Of a stretch of DNA of 64,000 nucleotides, positions 35,313-47,595 are shown piece by piece. The notes below the pieces were generated by a model. That model saw only the letters and a list, made by a program, of their open reading frames with translations, made no database searches and had not been told where the DNA came from. The DNA comes from Paraphysomonas bandaiensis (lineage: Eukaryota > Protista > Chrysophyceae), in NCBI GenBank assembly GCA_965644295.1, contig CBFFRP010000146.1:496001-560000 (forward strand), given 5' to 3'. How positions within the stretch are numbered: the stretch's first letter is position 1; every line of letters begins with the position of its first letter. Made by a program: the position numbers and the translations under genes.

Positions 35313-37640
35313 CTAAAATTCAGCGCTTCCTTGTGTTCTTGGGAACGATATAACGTCTCTTATGTTCTCAAGCCCTGTAATAAACATTAGCAATCTCTCG
35401 AATCCGAGCCCAAACCCTGCATGTGGGACTGTGCCAAACCGCCTGAGATCCATGTACCAATTCATTTCGTGTGGTTTTAATCCACATTCAATACATCGGT
35501 CCGTTAACACATCCAGTCGCTCCTCTCTAACGAGGTCTATTATTTCAGATACTACAATAGATAAAACGCACCTTTGTGAGCCACCAATTATCTCGCCAAT
35601 CTTCGGCACCAGGATGTCCATAGCAGCAACCGTCTTATTGTCGTCATTGAGACGCATATAAAATGCCTTTATCCCTTTAGGGTAGTTATATACAACTGTA
35701 GGACGTTGAAACACCTATAACTCCTTCATGATATACTCTCATTCCTAATTTTTACATAACTTACTTTTTCGGATAAGTATCTCTCATGTTCAGTGTTGAG
35801 ATCAGCTCCCCATGTAGGAGAGTTAATGAAAGAGGTTTTGCTGTTCAAAGCGGCATCTTGCAACAGATCAATCGCATCACTATAGCTAATACGAACAAAG
35901 TCACTGGCTACTACATTGCCCAGACGCTCACGGAGGCCCTTTTCTCCATGTGGACACTGCTCCTCGAAGTAGGCAAGGTCATCTGCACAATGTTCCAGAG
36001 CATATGAGGTCAGGTACTTAATGAAGTCTTCCTATAAAAACGCAAAAATAAAAAGTCTACATCAGCAATGGTACGATATTTATTGCATATATATTCTCAC
36101 CGCCAACGCCATGTTGTCATGTAGGTTTGCAAATGATATCTCAGGCTCGATCATCCAGAACTCCGCAAGATGCCGAGAGGTGTGTGAGTTCTCGGCACGG
36201 AATGTAGGACCAAAAGTATATACGTCAGATATAGCGCAAGCATGGGTCTCTACATTCAACTGTCCAGAGACTGTGAGCGAGCACCGGCGACCGAAGAAAT
36301 CGTTGCTGTAGTCCACTGTCCCGCTAGGAGTTGTTAAGATGTCGGTCGGCTTGGAGTCATCATGTGGGAGAAGAGTGGTAACTTGAAATTGTTCGCCAGC
36401 ACCCTCGCAGTCCGCAGCAGTTATGAGAGGTGTGTGTACATACACGAACCCGCGCTCGTTGTAGAAGCTATGTACCGCATATGCCATCGCATGTCGGATG
36501 CGAAGAACGGAGGAAAACATTTTTGATCGAGGACGGAGATGTGCCATGTCTCGCAAAAACTCAAGGCTATGTTTCTTCTTGGCCAGTGGATAGAGCTTCC
36601 CCCCAACTTCACCATTTTCACCTCCGTATACAGGTCCAAGAACATCTGCATTCACTACGTGGACCTCGATACTCTGTCCTTTTGCAGGGGACTCAACAAC
36701 TTTCCCTTTAACAGATATCGATGCACCTGCCCCACCACACCCGCGCACCTCATCCATTCCAGTAGAATACTCAGCATCCATCACTAGTTGCAGGCTTTGA
36801 GGGGATGATCCATCGTTAAGCTCAATGAAAAGAAGTTTTCCCTTTTGGGCGGGTCGAACAGTTCGTATCCATCCCTTTATCGTGACCTCTGAGCCGACAC
36901 AGAGGTCTCCTCTGGTTATAATATCCTTCACGCGGCTTCGTCCACGATCCCACTTATACTGCAGGTTGATAGGGGCTGTATATAGTGGCAGAGAGAGGTG
37001 GGACAGGCAAGAATTTATAGAGTCGACACTTACCGGCTGCACTGCACAGCTGTGAGCGGTTAATAGAGGCATACCGGTGCAGCTTCAGACCCTGGAGGCG
37101 GCAATATATTGCAGTGGCACCGCCGCGCATCAGTGCAAGTTGACGGAGATAGCCAGGGGCTGTAATGCGTGTGATTGTAATAATAGCATCTGATCTGGAC
37201 AGCACCACAAACCCCAATACATGTCCATTGATAATACGCAGGTAATACATACATACATACATACATACATACATACATACATACATACATACATACATAC
37301 ATACATACATACATACATACATACATACATACATACATACATACATACATACATACATACATACATACATACATACATACATACATACATACATACATAC
37401 ATACATACATACATACATACATACATACATACATACATACATACATACGACATACATACATACATACATACATACATACATACATACATACATACATACA
37501 TACATACATACATACATACATACATACATACATACATACATACATACATACATACATACATACGACATACATACATACATACATACATACATACATACAT
37601 ACATACCGCAGCATGAGGAAGGAGTTCGGAAGCATGTAGA
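35313..37640 (-). CDS. asnS: Asparaginyl-tRNA synthetase, bacterial/organellar type (5' exon structure uncertain)
   Basis: OB fold ([11 protein letters not shown]...FIELNDGS), [64 protein letters not shown] and [12 protein letters not shown]. Confidence 0.93.
37245..37606. repeat. (ATAC)n / (GTAT)n microsatellite, ~362 bp, ~90 units, two identical interruptions
   Basis: Read directly. The TACGACATAC interruptions have their G at 37449 and 37564. Confidence 0.98.
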
Positions 37641-37739
37641 AGTATTCTTTGGGGGAAGTCGGATACTGCATGCATTTCATATCGATATTGGTGTTAGTTG
37701 CTTCACTAATCGCTCCAATCTTTCCTATCAGTCTCTAAC

Positions 37740-39286
37740 ATGTCAACTTTATTAATTCAAATTCTATCTGCTATAGTTGTTGGGTTCATAGGCTATGCTG
37801 GCTATCTGTTTATTGACTCATACAGACGCAGTGCCACTCCGACTGATGACTCAGATATACAGAATGAGAATAGTGCTTCCAATAAATCTCGACCCAAACC
37901 AGCTCCTAAGAAGGAGACGAAAACTTTAATCAAATCCTCTCAAGTGAATTCAAAATTAAAATGGACAAATGCAACGAATAAGAAGGATCACTCATTGTTC
38001 TTCAAGGAAATCGGCGGCCATACTGTTGGTTCGTGCTGTGTGGCGTTCAGTGCTAAAGGTGACCTTGTTGCATCATCATCCCATGATGGTATGATTCGTT
38101 GTATCCCTGTGGGTGATATCGGTTCAGCCAGTCCGCATGATGTGTACACAAAGGTGGAAGGAATTCCCACCGCAATTTGCTTTACCCAAAATGCGAAGCG
38201 AATTATAGCTGCAGTAGGAGGTAAATTGAAGTTTTTCAGTATCTCAATATCCGACCAAGGAAAGAAGCTTGATCATGTCAAGGATATCGACAGTGGACTA
38301 TGTGCTATATCCAGCGTCCATGTTCTCGACGTGGAGCAGTGGATGGTGGTCATAGCCTGCGGCACTGGAGTAGAATCTAAACCTTGTGTACGGGCGTTTG
38401 ATCAAAAGGGGCATGTCATTGCGGACTTCAAACAAGAGAAGCGAAAGGGAGGACGTGCAGACCGTAACCGTATGTCTTTAGCTCAAACAGCGGTGGTATC
38501 GGCATCTCCTGATGACAGGTGGGCTACTTTTCATATTACAATAGTAAAGATGTTTGTATATAACTTAAACTACAATAGATATATAGCTGTTTATGGACTA
38601 GGTGAGGGTGTAGGAGATGGGGAAGTTGGGGTGTTTGAAGTCGTGCGAGAGAAAGGGTCTGGAGCAGCTACAGGACTACGTTTAGTTTTCGCTCTATCAG
38701 GACATACTTCTCATGTTGTGACTATGGCATGGAGTGTCAATGGTACGTTAGGTTTACTATGTGTTTTAAATATGTGGTTATCGTTTTGGGGTTGGAATAT
38801 TATCTAATTACTACTGATATATATGTCAACTTGTGATTGACGTATTACCAGGGAAGCGTCTAGTTACGTGCTGTGATGATTCTGTCTGGCGACTATGGGA
38901 TACAAGCGTCAGATATAATGAGAGTGACCAGCCTAGACTCTTTTCAGGTACATATCTAATGCAACAATTTAAAATGAAATGTATAGTATCAGTGCATATG
39001 GTAAATGCTTCCCATCTTTTTAGGTCATCAAACACTTCCTGAGGGAGCATTGCCAACTCATGTTGCTATGATGAAAGGAGGCATAGTAGCTTTTGCCTGT
39101 GGCAAAGACCTGTACTTTTGTGCATCTGCCAGCGGAGCCGTATTGGAGCACATTTCGGATGCATGTGTGGCACCTGTTAGGGCGACCAGTGTGTCCGCGG
39201 ATGGTTCACTACTCGCTACTGTAGTGGATAACGTGAAACGCATTGCTTTATGGAGTAGTCCAAAGTGTATAGCAACAGGAAATTAG
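37740..39286 (+). CDS. N-terminally membrane-anchored WD40 protein (TBL2-like)
   Basis: N-terminal TM (LLIQILSAIVVGFIGYAGYLFI), a lysine-rich linker, WD repeats (GHTVGSCCVAFS...SSSHDGMIR; LSGHTSHVVTMAWS) and DDSVWRLWDTSVRY. Confidence 0.7.
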
Positions 39287-39557
39287 CGAAGTGCCATTTG
39301 CGAACTGATCACGTGTACTGCTCAGTTTTTGGGTATACTTTACTTACTTCGTGGATAATAAGTAACATATGATGCCATGATTTTCTATCACAATATGTTG
39401 AGCATAAAAAGATTTGACGTTATCACTGATAACTATAACTTATCAGGTGATGAAGAGGACATCAAAAGCAGAACGTAATGTGCACATGGCTTGCATATTA
39501 CTTATAAACAATCTCAGTTATCATTAGTTGTCATTCACCAAAATTCTGGTTATCTAA

Positions 39558-39755
39558 ACCTCATACGATCTTATACACTGTATCACTGTATAATATACAC
39601 TGTATACTGTATACACAGTTAATATATATTTCAATTTCAGTACTATGATATATGATACTATGATTGCGATCATCTCAATAGTATTCAACGGTCATAATAT
39701 AAATACCTTAGAACTACAGCTTTAAATTGCTCTCAAACAGCAAAACTCAATACAG
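39558..39755 (+). repeat. AT-rich dispersed repeat, copy 2
   Basis: Same ordered blocks as 12845-13105. Confidence 0.55.
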
Positions 39756-40135
39756 CAATTACTATGGATTATGGTGTACTTATATCCTTCTATCATAACC
39801 TCAAAATACATACTGAGTACTCAGTACAGAGTACAGGTCAGCGTCGACCGGACACAGTGAGTGCAAATATACTAGTCTTTTTATACTATATACTATACAC
39901 CAGGGCTATGTCACGAATACTTAGGATTGACCTACTGTATTCATCTGTAACAGACAGGTGTTAGTAGGCAACTATTGATGTTGCACAGATCAGGGGGGGA
40001 TTGTCAAAACAGCAGAAACCGTACGATTAAAGTCATAACTTTAACTCATTTATATAGACTGATATACTACTAAAACTATGCAACGTAGATACAATGCCAG
40101 ACTACAATATTAATATACGAAGCCTACTATAAACC

Positions 40136-41110
40136 TTACCCTTGCATTCCAGATAGAAAGTTATCAAATAAAGCACCCATTGGGCTCAGAGCTTGCCGCT
40201 GCGTAACCGGACGTGGAAGATTAAAAAGCCTGCTTCCTATCTCTCTCATAGCCCTAAGTAATGAGGGGTCATATTGATTCAGAAGTGGCTCGAATCTATC
40301 TACTGTTAATGAATATATCTTTGCCCTATCCACTTTCGCGCAAATATCTGGTGTATCCGCTAGTGCTAAAAGGTCCGCCACAATTGTGCACATTTGCCAT
40401 ATATGGTACGTAGCAACGCATGCCTTCTCCTGTATAGTGCTTGGGGGAGTAGCGAGAGTCATCTCGTATGAGTCCATGTACTCATCACACGCAGTCCGGT
40501 GAAATGCAGCTGCCTGGGGAAGTAATCTATTGGCTAGCAGGTATACATACACCCGCACAAAAAACAGAGAATATTCAGAAATATAACCTTCCTGTGCCCA
40601 TTGATGAGCCACTCGCGCCACTCCCTCTATATCACCGATCTCAAAATAGCAATCCTTTGCTGATCTCCACCTTCCACAGCGCTCAAACACCACTGCACAA
40701 CAGGTCGACAACTCATACAAGCATCGCTCCTTTCGTAACTTTGCTATCTTCTGATGACTAATAAATTCGCGCAATGGAGAATAAATGCTGTCCAAGAACT
40801 TCAACGCATTGTCATGTGTCATACAAGAGATAGTACGCAACACATTATTCAAATTGCTCTGCTCCTCATCCAAATAAAACATACCACTGCTCAGAAACCA
40901 ATTAAATAGTGTCCCTCCATATTCTATCTCATTATTCTCCAGAAGAACCAGCACTCCTGTCCATACAAGCGTCCAAGACTGACTCTGTGTCAGAGAGTGT
41001 CGTTTCCTTGCAGAGTAGGTCTGGACATATACCAGGGCCTCGTATGGTTGGTGCGCAGATATCTCCGCCACCATCTTATCTCTCAATCTACTGCAGTGGT
41101 CTTCACTCAT
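40136..41110 (-). CDS. GET4: GET4 (Golgi-to-ER traffic protein 4)-like
   Basis: N-terminal YEAL..VQTY.AR, EYSLFFVRVYVYLL and C-terminal YDPSL...EIGSRLFNLPRP...GALFDNFLSG. Confidence 0.7.
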   Translation of the reverse strand: MSEDHCSRLRDKMVAEISAHQPYEALVYVQTYSARKRHSLTQSQSWTLVWTGVLVLLENNEIEYGGTLFNWFLSSGMFYLDEEQSNLNNVLRTISCMTHDNALKFLDSIYSPLREFISHQKIAKLRKERCLYELSTCCAVVFERCGRWRSAKDCYFEIGDIEGVARVAHQWAQEGYISEYSLFFVRVYVYLLANRLLPQAAAFHRTACDEYMDSYEMTLATPPSTIQEKACVATYHIWQMCTIVADLLALADTPDICAKVDRAKIYSLTVDRFEPLLNQYDPSLLRAMREIGSRLFNLPRPVTQRQALSPMGALFDNFLSGMQG

Positions 41111-41562
41111 GGCTGCAGAAGATGATAGGTACTTGACGAAACCAGATGATGTGATGCTGTCTATCTGTCTATATATGCTTCACTTGTATGTGGGGTTTCT
41201 ATGTGTATGTACTGCATATACAGAGTATTGATATACAGGATATCGTATACGGTATAGGTATACCAATATACTGCTATACTGCACAATTCCTGCAGTATTT
41301 TCCCTACAACTGTACAGTGTGGTACTGTACCATTAATCACCACTCTACTGTATAGTGGTATAGCCAACACTGCTGATAATACATACGGTGAGGTGTCTAC
41401 TTCCTGTACAGTGCTGCTGTAGAGTGTATATGTATAGAGATCTATCATATGTGCTGGGCATATACATACCTGTGCAATATATGCATATCATATCGCCCTC
41501 CATACCACATAATGATCTTATTCCATCTGTAGGACTAGTTAACACATTCACATCTCAATACA

Positions 41563-43207
41563 ATGAGTGATAATGAAGCTCATGAGTGGAACTCAGAAGA
41601 CATGGAGGATGTTGATATCCGGGCCAGTGAATCAGGCGATGTGCGGAACTCTTCTTCGACAGTAACAAGCAGACCAGTGGAGTTAGTTCCTATATCCACG
41701 GATAACCTTCAACCCGAGTTTCCAAGATTGGCACATGTTGATAGCCGTCCCATAGTCCTGCACATATTAGAGTATCTTACTGCTGCGGAAATATGCAATT
41801 TGTCGAACGTTTCTCGTAGCTTGTATGTCATCTCACAGGCACCGGTCATCTGGAAGTCGTTATTACTAATGGATTTTTCATTTGAAGATTCAGAGGTGGC
41901 CACGATAAGGGATACACCCAATACAGTTCCTGAACGCTTGTGTAGCAGTCCCATCGACACTGAATTAGCCGTTGCATCAAAGGCCTTTTATGCTCGACAG
42001 CTTAGGGTGGTGCAGAGTCGAATTAACAGAGCTAAGGAAGCAAAGTTGCGCTTACTGCAAGAATGTGCGGTAGATAGGCGAATTCGAGTCGCCGAGTGCT
42101 GCCTTGATTCTCTAATGGTGCGGTCATTTGTCCCACTACCAGCCGGGTGTATTTTTGTCACTTTGCTTATGGTAGCCCTGAGAGCAGACGGCCTTGATGT
42201 TTCGATCTGGTTCTGTTTGCTCCCTGTACTTTTTTTATTGACATACCATCTTTTTACTGTGGGGATAACTTGTTTACTGCACCGGTACCGTCATACGTCC
42301 ACAGCCTCACTGGCTCTATGGACACATCTTTCTAGCCCGGCTCAATACTTTTACACTCATATTGCATCTGAATCGGTTCGTGCCGCCCAAGGAGCCTGTT
42401 TGGTGTCTGTATTGCTGCTACTTCAGATGGTGGTCATCGGCCTAAAAGTGGCTTCTTCTACTCCTACTCTGTTGCACGAATCATTCTCCTGGGGATTAGT
42501 ATTTACCCCTCTCTGGATGATATTTTCCCTGTACCTTTTGTTACCAGTGCTTGGAATTGCGAATGGAAACCCTGGAGCGTATGTAGCTGGCCTAGTCTTT
42601 TTTTGGGTGCCATTCTTTGTTCTCTTTGTCACTCTTGCTGTGAAACTGGATGGCGAGGAAAGTGGACAGCGGAGTGGACGTTTGCGTTTAGCGCTAATTC
42701 TCATTCCTTTCTGGATTATAGAAGGCATTGCAATGCTGGGAACTCTTATTGGATTTTTGACAGGATTACAAAGGTAATCATACGTGGGTAATGGATTGTT
42801 TTATGTGTTTTACTTTTCTCTCTAGGTATTATAGAGGTTTCTTAGACCGAGAAAATCTCCTGGAGCGAGGGGGTACGCGTATGAATCATACCGGGGTAAT
42901 ATAACTTTGTTTCGTAGGAGTATGTGCAGTTTTTTGGTCACTACTGTCTCCTGTTGTTTTGTTTCAAATATTTTTGTGTTTGAGGGATGAGGAGTATACA
43001 AGTGTTAGCGCGAAGGATGCAGTTGCTCCATTATTGTTTTTGTTGGGACTGGGCTTTATATTATCGTCAATGTTTTCATGTATGTACAAAACATCATTTC
43101 AGGTGAGATTCTCCCGCGTTATGAAAGCCTCTTATTTTGTTAAATAGGAATTTCGGCAGCAAAGAGAAATGGAAGCTCCTGGTGTACGAGATATTTTTGA
43201 CGTGTGA
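41563..43207 (+). CDS. F-box + TMEM185 (transmembrane Fragile-X-F)-like multipass protein
   Basis: F-box (IVLHILEYLTAAEICNLSNVSRSLY...WKSL) followed by TMEM185-type repeats (LRADG.....W..LLP, SWGLVFTPLW, LAVKLDG...ILIPFWI). Three 3' introns; stop at 43205-43207. Confidence 0.7.
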
Positions 43208-44000
43208 ATGCTAGTGTATCATAGTTTTGATAAATATTATGTCTATATTAATCTATTCCTGTTATTTGTAAATAAATGAAATGTTCAGATATTAACACTG
43301 GAATTTATTGCTTTTAATCATTGGCCTGGTTGTAGAATCTTCTCAGAAAGGATTCGTTTTGTTAACATCTTCATCTAATGCCTGATCTCGCCTGTGTGTA
43401 TATTCGTATATTCAATATTCACTACTGGATCAAACATGTTCGTAGCTTATGTTAATAATTTCTGACACAGCTTATTCTCGTATTTACTTCTGAAATGAAG
43501 AGGTGGACAAATATGACCATTTTCTCGAGATATCGAGCCATTAGCTTCAATACACTTATTACTTACTACATATTACATGTCATGTAATATATAATCTTCT
43601 TCGAAGTCAGTTATATCTAATATTATTGTCACTTCATTTTAATGCTTAATATAACAGTTGATATCAGTTTGTTGTAATTTTACTCTTTGAAGGAGAGTAA
43701 AGCTTCATTTTAACTCCTTTAAATATACAATAATTCGTATTACGTGCCTATTGCTGTCATATTATTCTATTCGACTATGGTTCGCAATTTATATTCATCC
43801 AAACCATACTTTCAAACTGCCCATACTCAATATCGCATATTATATATTACGTCAGCACAAACTCTACATTCAGTTAGCTTTGGCTGCTATATATTTATTT
43901 TTCGTTCTCACCTATTCACACAACATCACGGGGCACTCAGCATGTGCGTCATGAAAAGCAACGATTCGATCACAATGACTACGCTAGACCTAGATGAGAT

Positions 44001-45069
44001 TTACTTCATCCTAACTTCCGGAGGACAGTGGAGAAGTCCCCCTTCTGTGGTATCGAACTCAAAGGGCTCGTAAGGATCTTCTTCGTACGTGCCACCGAGA
44101 TAAGGGGGCAAGTAGCAAGGGTCAATATCCTTATGAAGCTCCGTCTGGTACGAAGTGCCTAGGAGAGACACTTTCGCCACCGTACTATATTACAAATGTC
44201 AAGCGATGAATCAGAGCAACATCATGATCAAACTAACCGAGTTGGCAGAACAGCCTTCAAGGCCCACCAAAAGGCATTGAATATCCAGGGTGCATTAACT
44301 ATGTAGAGTTTGCTAAGAAGCTCGGGGTAGTTGTCTTGTGATATAGCTGCACGGAATACATTAATTAAAAAAATGGAATTATTGAAAGCATACCAACAAC
44401 AGTACGAGTGATTTCCGACCCTCTGGGACCAATGTGTTCGAGAGAGAGACCGGTTAAGTCTCGAATAGTGCAGGCTTGTAGGATTACACCATAGGGTTCT
44501 GTCAAGGTCTCGCCTGCATCCTTTGCTTTCTGAAGAGCTTCTCGTTCCTTTTTCTCAGCGAGTTGTTCGAGAACAAGAGTTTGATACTCCAGAGTATAGT
44601 GGATGAATTGGATATAATCTTCTCTCTCCACAGAGTCGAAGACGGCAGCGGGTGAAAACGTAGTACGTAAAATCGAGAGCGGGCTGCACAACTTAGTTTG
44701 TGTCTTCCAATCACACACAGTTTGAGGTATCAAAGTAGTTAACTCCTCTCCATGAGGAAACTTTTTTGGTGAATTTTTACCGCCATGAACTATGTCATGT
44801 CTGACTTGGTCAATATTGTTTTCAATTCTCCAGTTGAGATAGTTGCCCAAGTACTTGCAGGCTGTTTCCATGTTGCCAAGATGACCGCGGTAAAATCGGA
44901 GAAGTCTATATTATTAGATTATCAATGCATGCATACATCAAGCACAGTCACTCTCTTACGCTCTGTCTCCGACAACTTCCACGTTTTGCTCAACCTTCGC
45001 CAGTTCATCTTTCATAAGCTCCCGCATTGTTTTCAGGGCCTGCGTTTCCTCATCACTCCAACGCTGCAT
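44001..45069 (-). CDS. CRAL-TRIO (Sec14-like) lipid-binding protein
   Basis: VGDR|.LLRFYRGH...YLNWRIEN, IRDLTGLSLEH, QDNYPELLSKLYIVNAPWIFNAFWWALK and LPPYLGG. Confidence 0.9.
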
Positions 45070-45527
45070 TCTCAATAGAGGATTATAAAAACAATAACTA
45101 TTCCTAGGTCTTTTAAATGGGGAGCACTTTGCTAGAAATGAAAGTAAACCGCTCGCTGAATTGCACTCCAACACATATGCTTATACACGAGTATCAACAC
45201 TGCATAACTACCTGTATATGGACCTACTGCTGTAGACTGCTATAGAGTGCTCACCAACCCTTTCACCCTCACATAGCCAATCAAATCGTACTGTGATGAC
45301 AAAAACATATGACTATGAAATACGTCAAATACGCCATAGAACTACCAAATTCCAATATATATCCCAAGTATGGGAGAAGTGGATGAAGTGGTCGTTGAGG
45401 AAGTAAGACTGCACTGGACTTCGCATCATCCAATTCTCTTGAGGGATATTCTTCTATATCCATATATCTATACGAGTGTTGGTGTGTTTGTATCCTCACT
45501 TTAAGTGTTTAGTGTGTTAGTCATACT

Positions 45528-47193
45528 ATGAAAAAGGCCACTACATTCCATGGCATTAACCTCCTGTCGTGTCCATCTGGGGTTGGTATTTCGGACATGA
45601 TTTTAATTAATTCCATACTCTCTAAGTCTCAGATGTGTCGAGATAAGAGTAATAGAGAAGCTGATTGTAATAATAGTTTCGATCATGTGCAATGCAACAA
45701 CTACACAACGAACATGTCCCTGCAGCTGAGTCCCATCTCACCATGTCCTGAAAATGGCGAAACGCATTACTGTTCCGATGACGAAGAATCCTCCATCTCA
45801 TTTGATAGGTTTTCGTCTAATACTAATAGGGATTTAAGTGGAAGCCCATTGGTGGAAACGGATGATTATAGCAGATCTTCACACACGATAGAGGCAGATC
45901 AGGACGTAAACAATGATTCCAATAGTGCGGGATGGTTATCACCTGCAGCTTGCAATGAAAACAGTCATCGATGTGATATCAAGAATCATGAATCATCTTA
46001 TTCACTATCATGTAATAATGCTATGGAAGTCTCTGAGTTCCCATATCTCTCCAGCCCCGATGATACGGAAAAGACATCACACAGACGTAACAAGCTGGAA
46101 CCCTTTTCGAACTGTAACCGCGAATTCGTAGTTGCTGGTTCTTTAACTTTAACAAGAAGGTGCAGTAGGAAGGCAAGTCTGTCTAGCAACTCCACGTCCC
46201 AGAAGATTCCTGAAGAGGGGTTTGTGCAATGGCTTGAGCAGGTACTTTTTTCCACTACTGGAAGCATAATCACACCTGTACACAGAACGAAAAACATGAA
46301 GGGTACTGTGGTAGAAAGAGACCTTCTATTATGTCTTATGCTATAAAAGAATCCAGAAGTATTATCTTGACTTATTTACTACAGGTATGTATGCACTGTA
46401 TTATACTGTCATCTCACTTGTTCCTTCAGTACTGTTTGTCTAGTATTGATAATAAGGTCCGTACAACTACAACTCGCCCTCGTGGATCCGTGGAGAGATA
46501 TAATGGCAGTACATTGATTGTGACATCCAAGAAAGATATTGGAGAGTGGGAACATCACATCAGGAACAATTTACAAGCCAAATATCATTCATACACTGAT
46601 ACAATGGCAAAGAGAAGACGACTAGGGGCATTTAGGGTAGCTCAGTTTGATGTGGTACTCACAACGTTTGATGTAAGAAAGTTTTCAGAAAAAAGCGTTG
46701 TATGATTTGATTTTGCTTGTGATCAAGTCATAACTTCATTTTTATGCGCAGGTGTTGAGGGCGAAAGAAGTTGTTCTTCCTTCAGAGTGCTCAGAGAGTG
46801 ATGACGAGAGTGTAACGTCATTTGAAGGCGATAGACAAAGTAGAGGCTGGTATCGAAGGAGGCAAGGCTTCAATCAACAGCTGCTGAAAGAAGGGTAAGT
46901 TAAATATTTATTTAGTTCTTACGTGTGTCATGAATATGCCATTTAGGATGTCAAACCTACATTTGATTAATTGGGAAAGAGTGGTAATAGACCACAGGTT
47001 ACTAACTAATATTCGTTGTGGAACAGCTCGTGGAGATGCTGTATGTGCATTAGATAGTTCTACTAAACTATCTCTACTTGAGAGGGAGGAACCATCAGCA
47101 GATGTGCCCGGAACTGTGCTGTATGATGTAGCGAGTTTGTTATGTGTACCTAGCGATGATATAAAGCATATATATTATCATATGGATAGTTGA
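45528..47193 (+). CDS. Degenerate SNF2 (RAD5/RAD16-like) N-lobe protein
   Basis: STLIVT....IGEWEHHI (motif Ia-like), FDVVLTTFDVL and LHLINWERVVID (motif II region, DEAH replaced by DHRL). No Walker A or C-lobe seen. Confidence 0.55.
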
Positions 47194-47595
47194 TGATTTA
47201 GCTATTAACTATCATCAATACTATCACATTGAACGATTCGATAACGGTGGAGTGTAATGTTTGTATATATACTGAAACGTATATTGCGTAAGTCGTAAGT
47301 CATAATACATAATAATATTTGTACCCAAGCTGACACATCAACTGCTAGTATAGAATAGCTTGCATTCTTATTGATACCATATATCCATTTTGGATTTGGG
47401 CAGGTATTGGGTGCACCAAAGATTTCATCCACAAGTGATTCATTGAGCAAATATAACAGCGATACGGCTGTAGTAGTTTTACTTTAACGGCATAAATATT
47501 TTATTTAAATAACGAACAATAACAGCTCATCTAAACACGATCTAGATTTTGCAATTGACTAGCAGAACTATTCGTTATACAGTTATTGCATTCCG

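Noticed and set aside
36954-37680. ORFs reading MYVC/HTYI repeats (131-216 aa)
   Set aside because: Translation artefacts of the stop-free (ATAC)n microsatellite.
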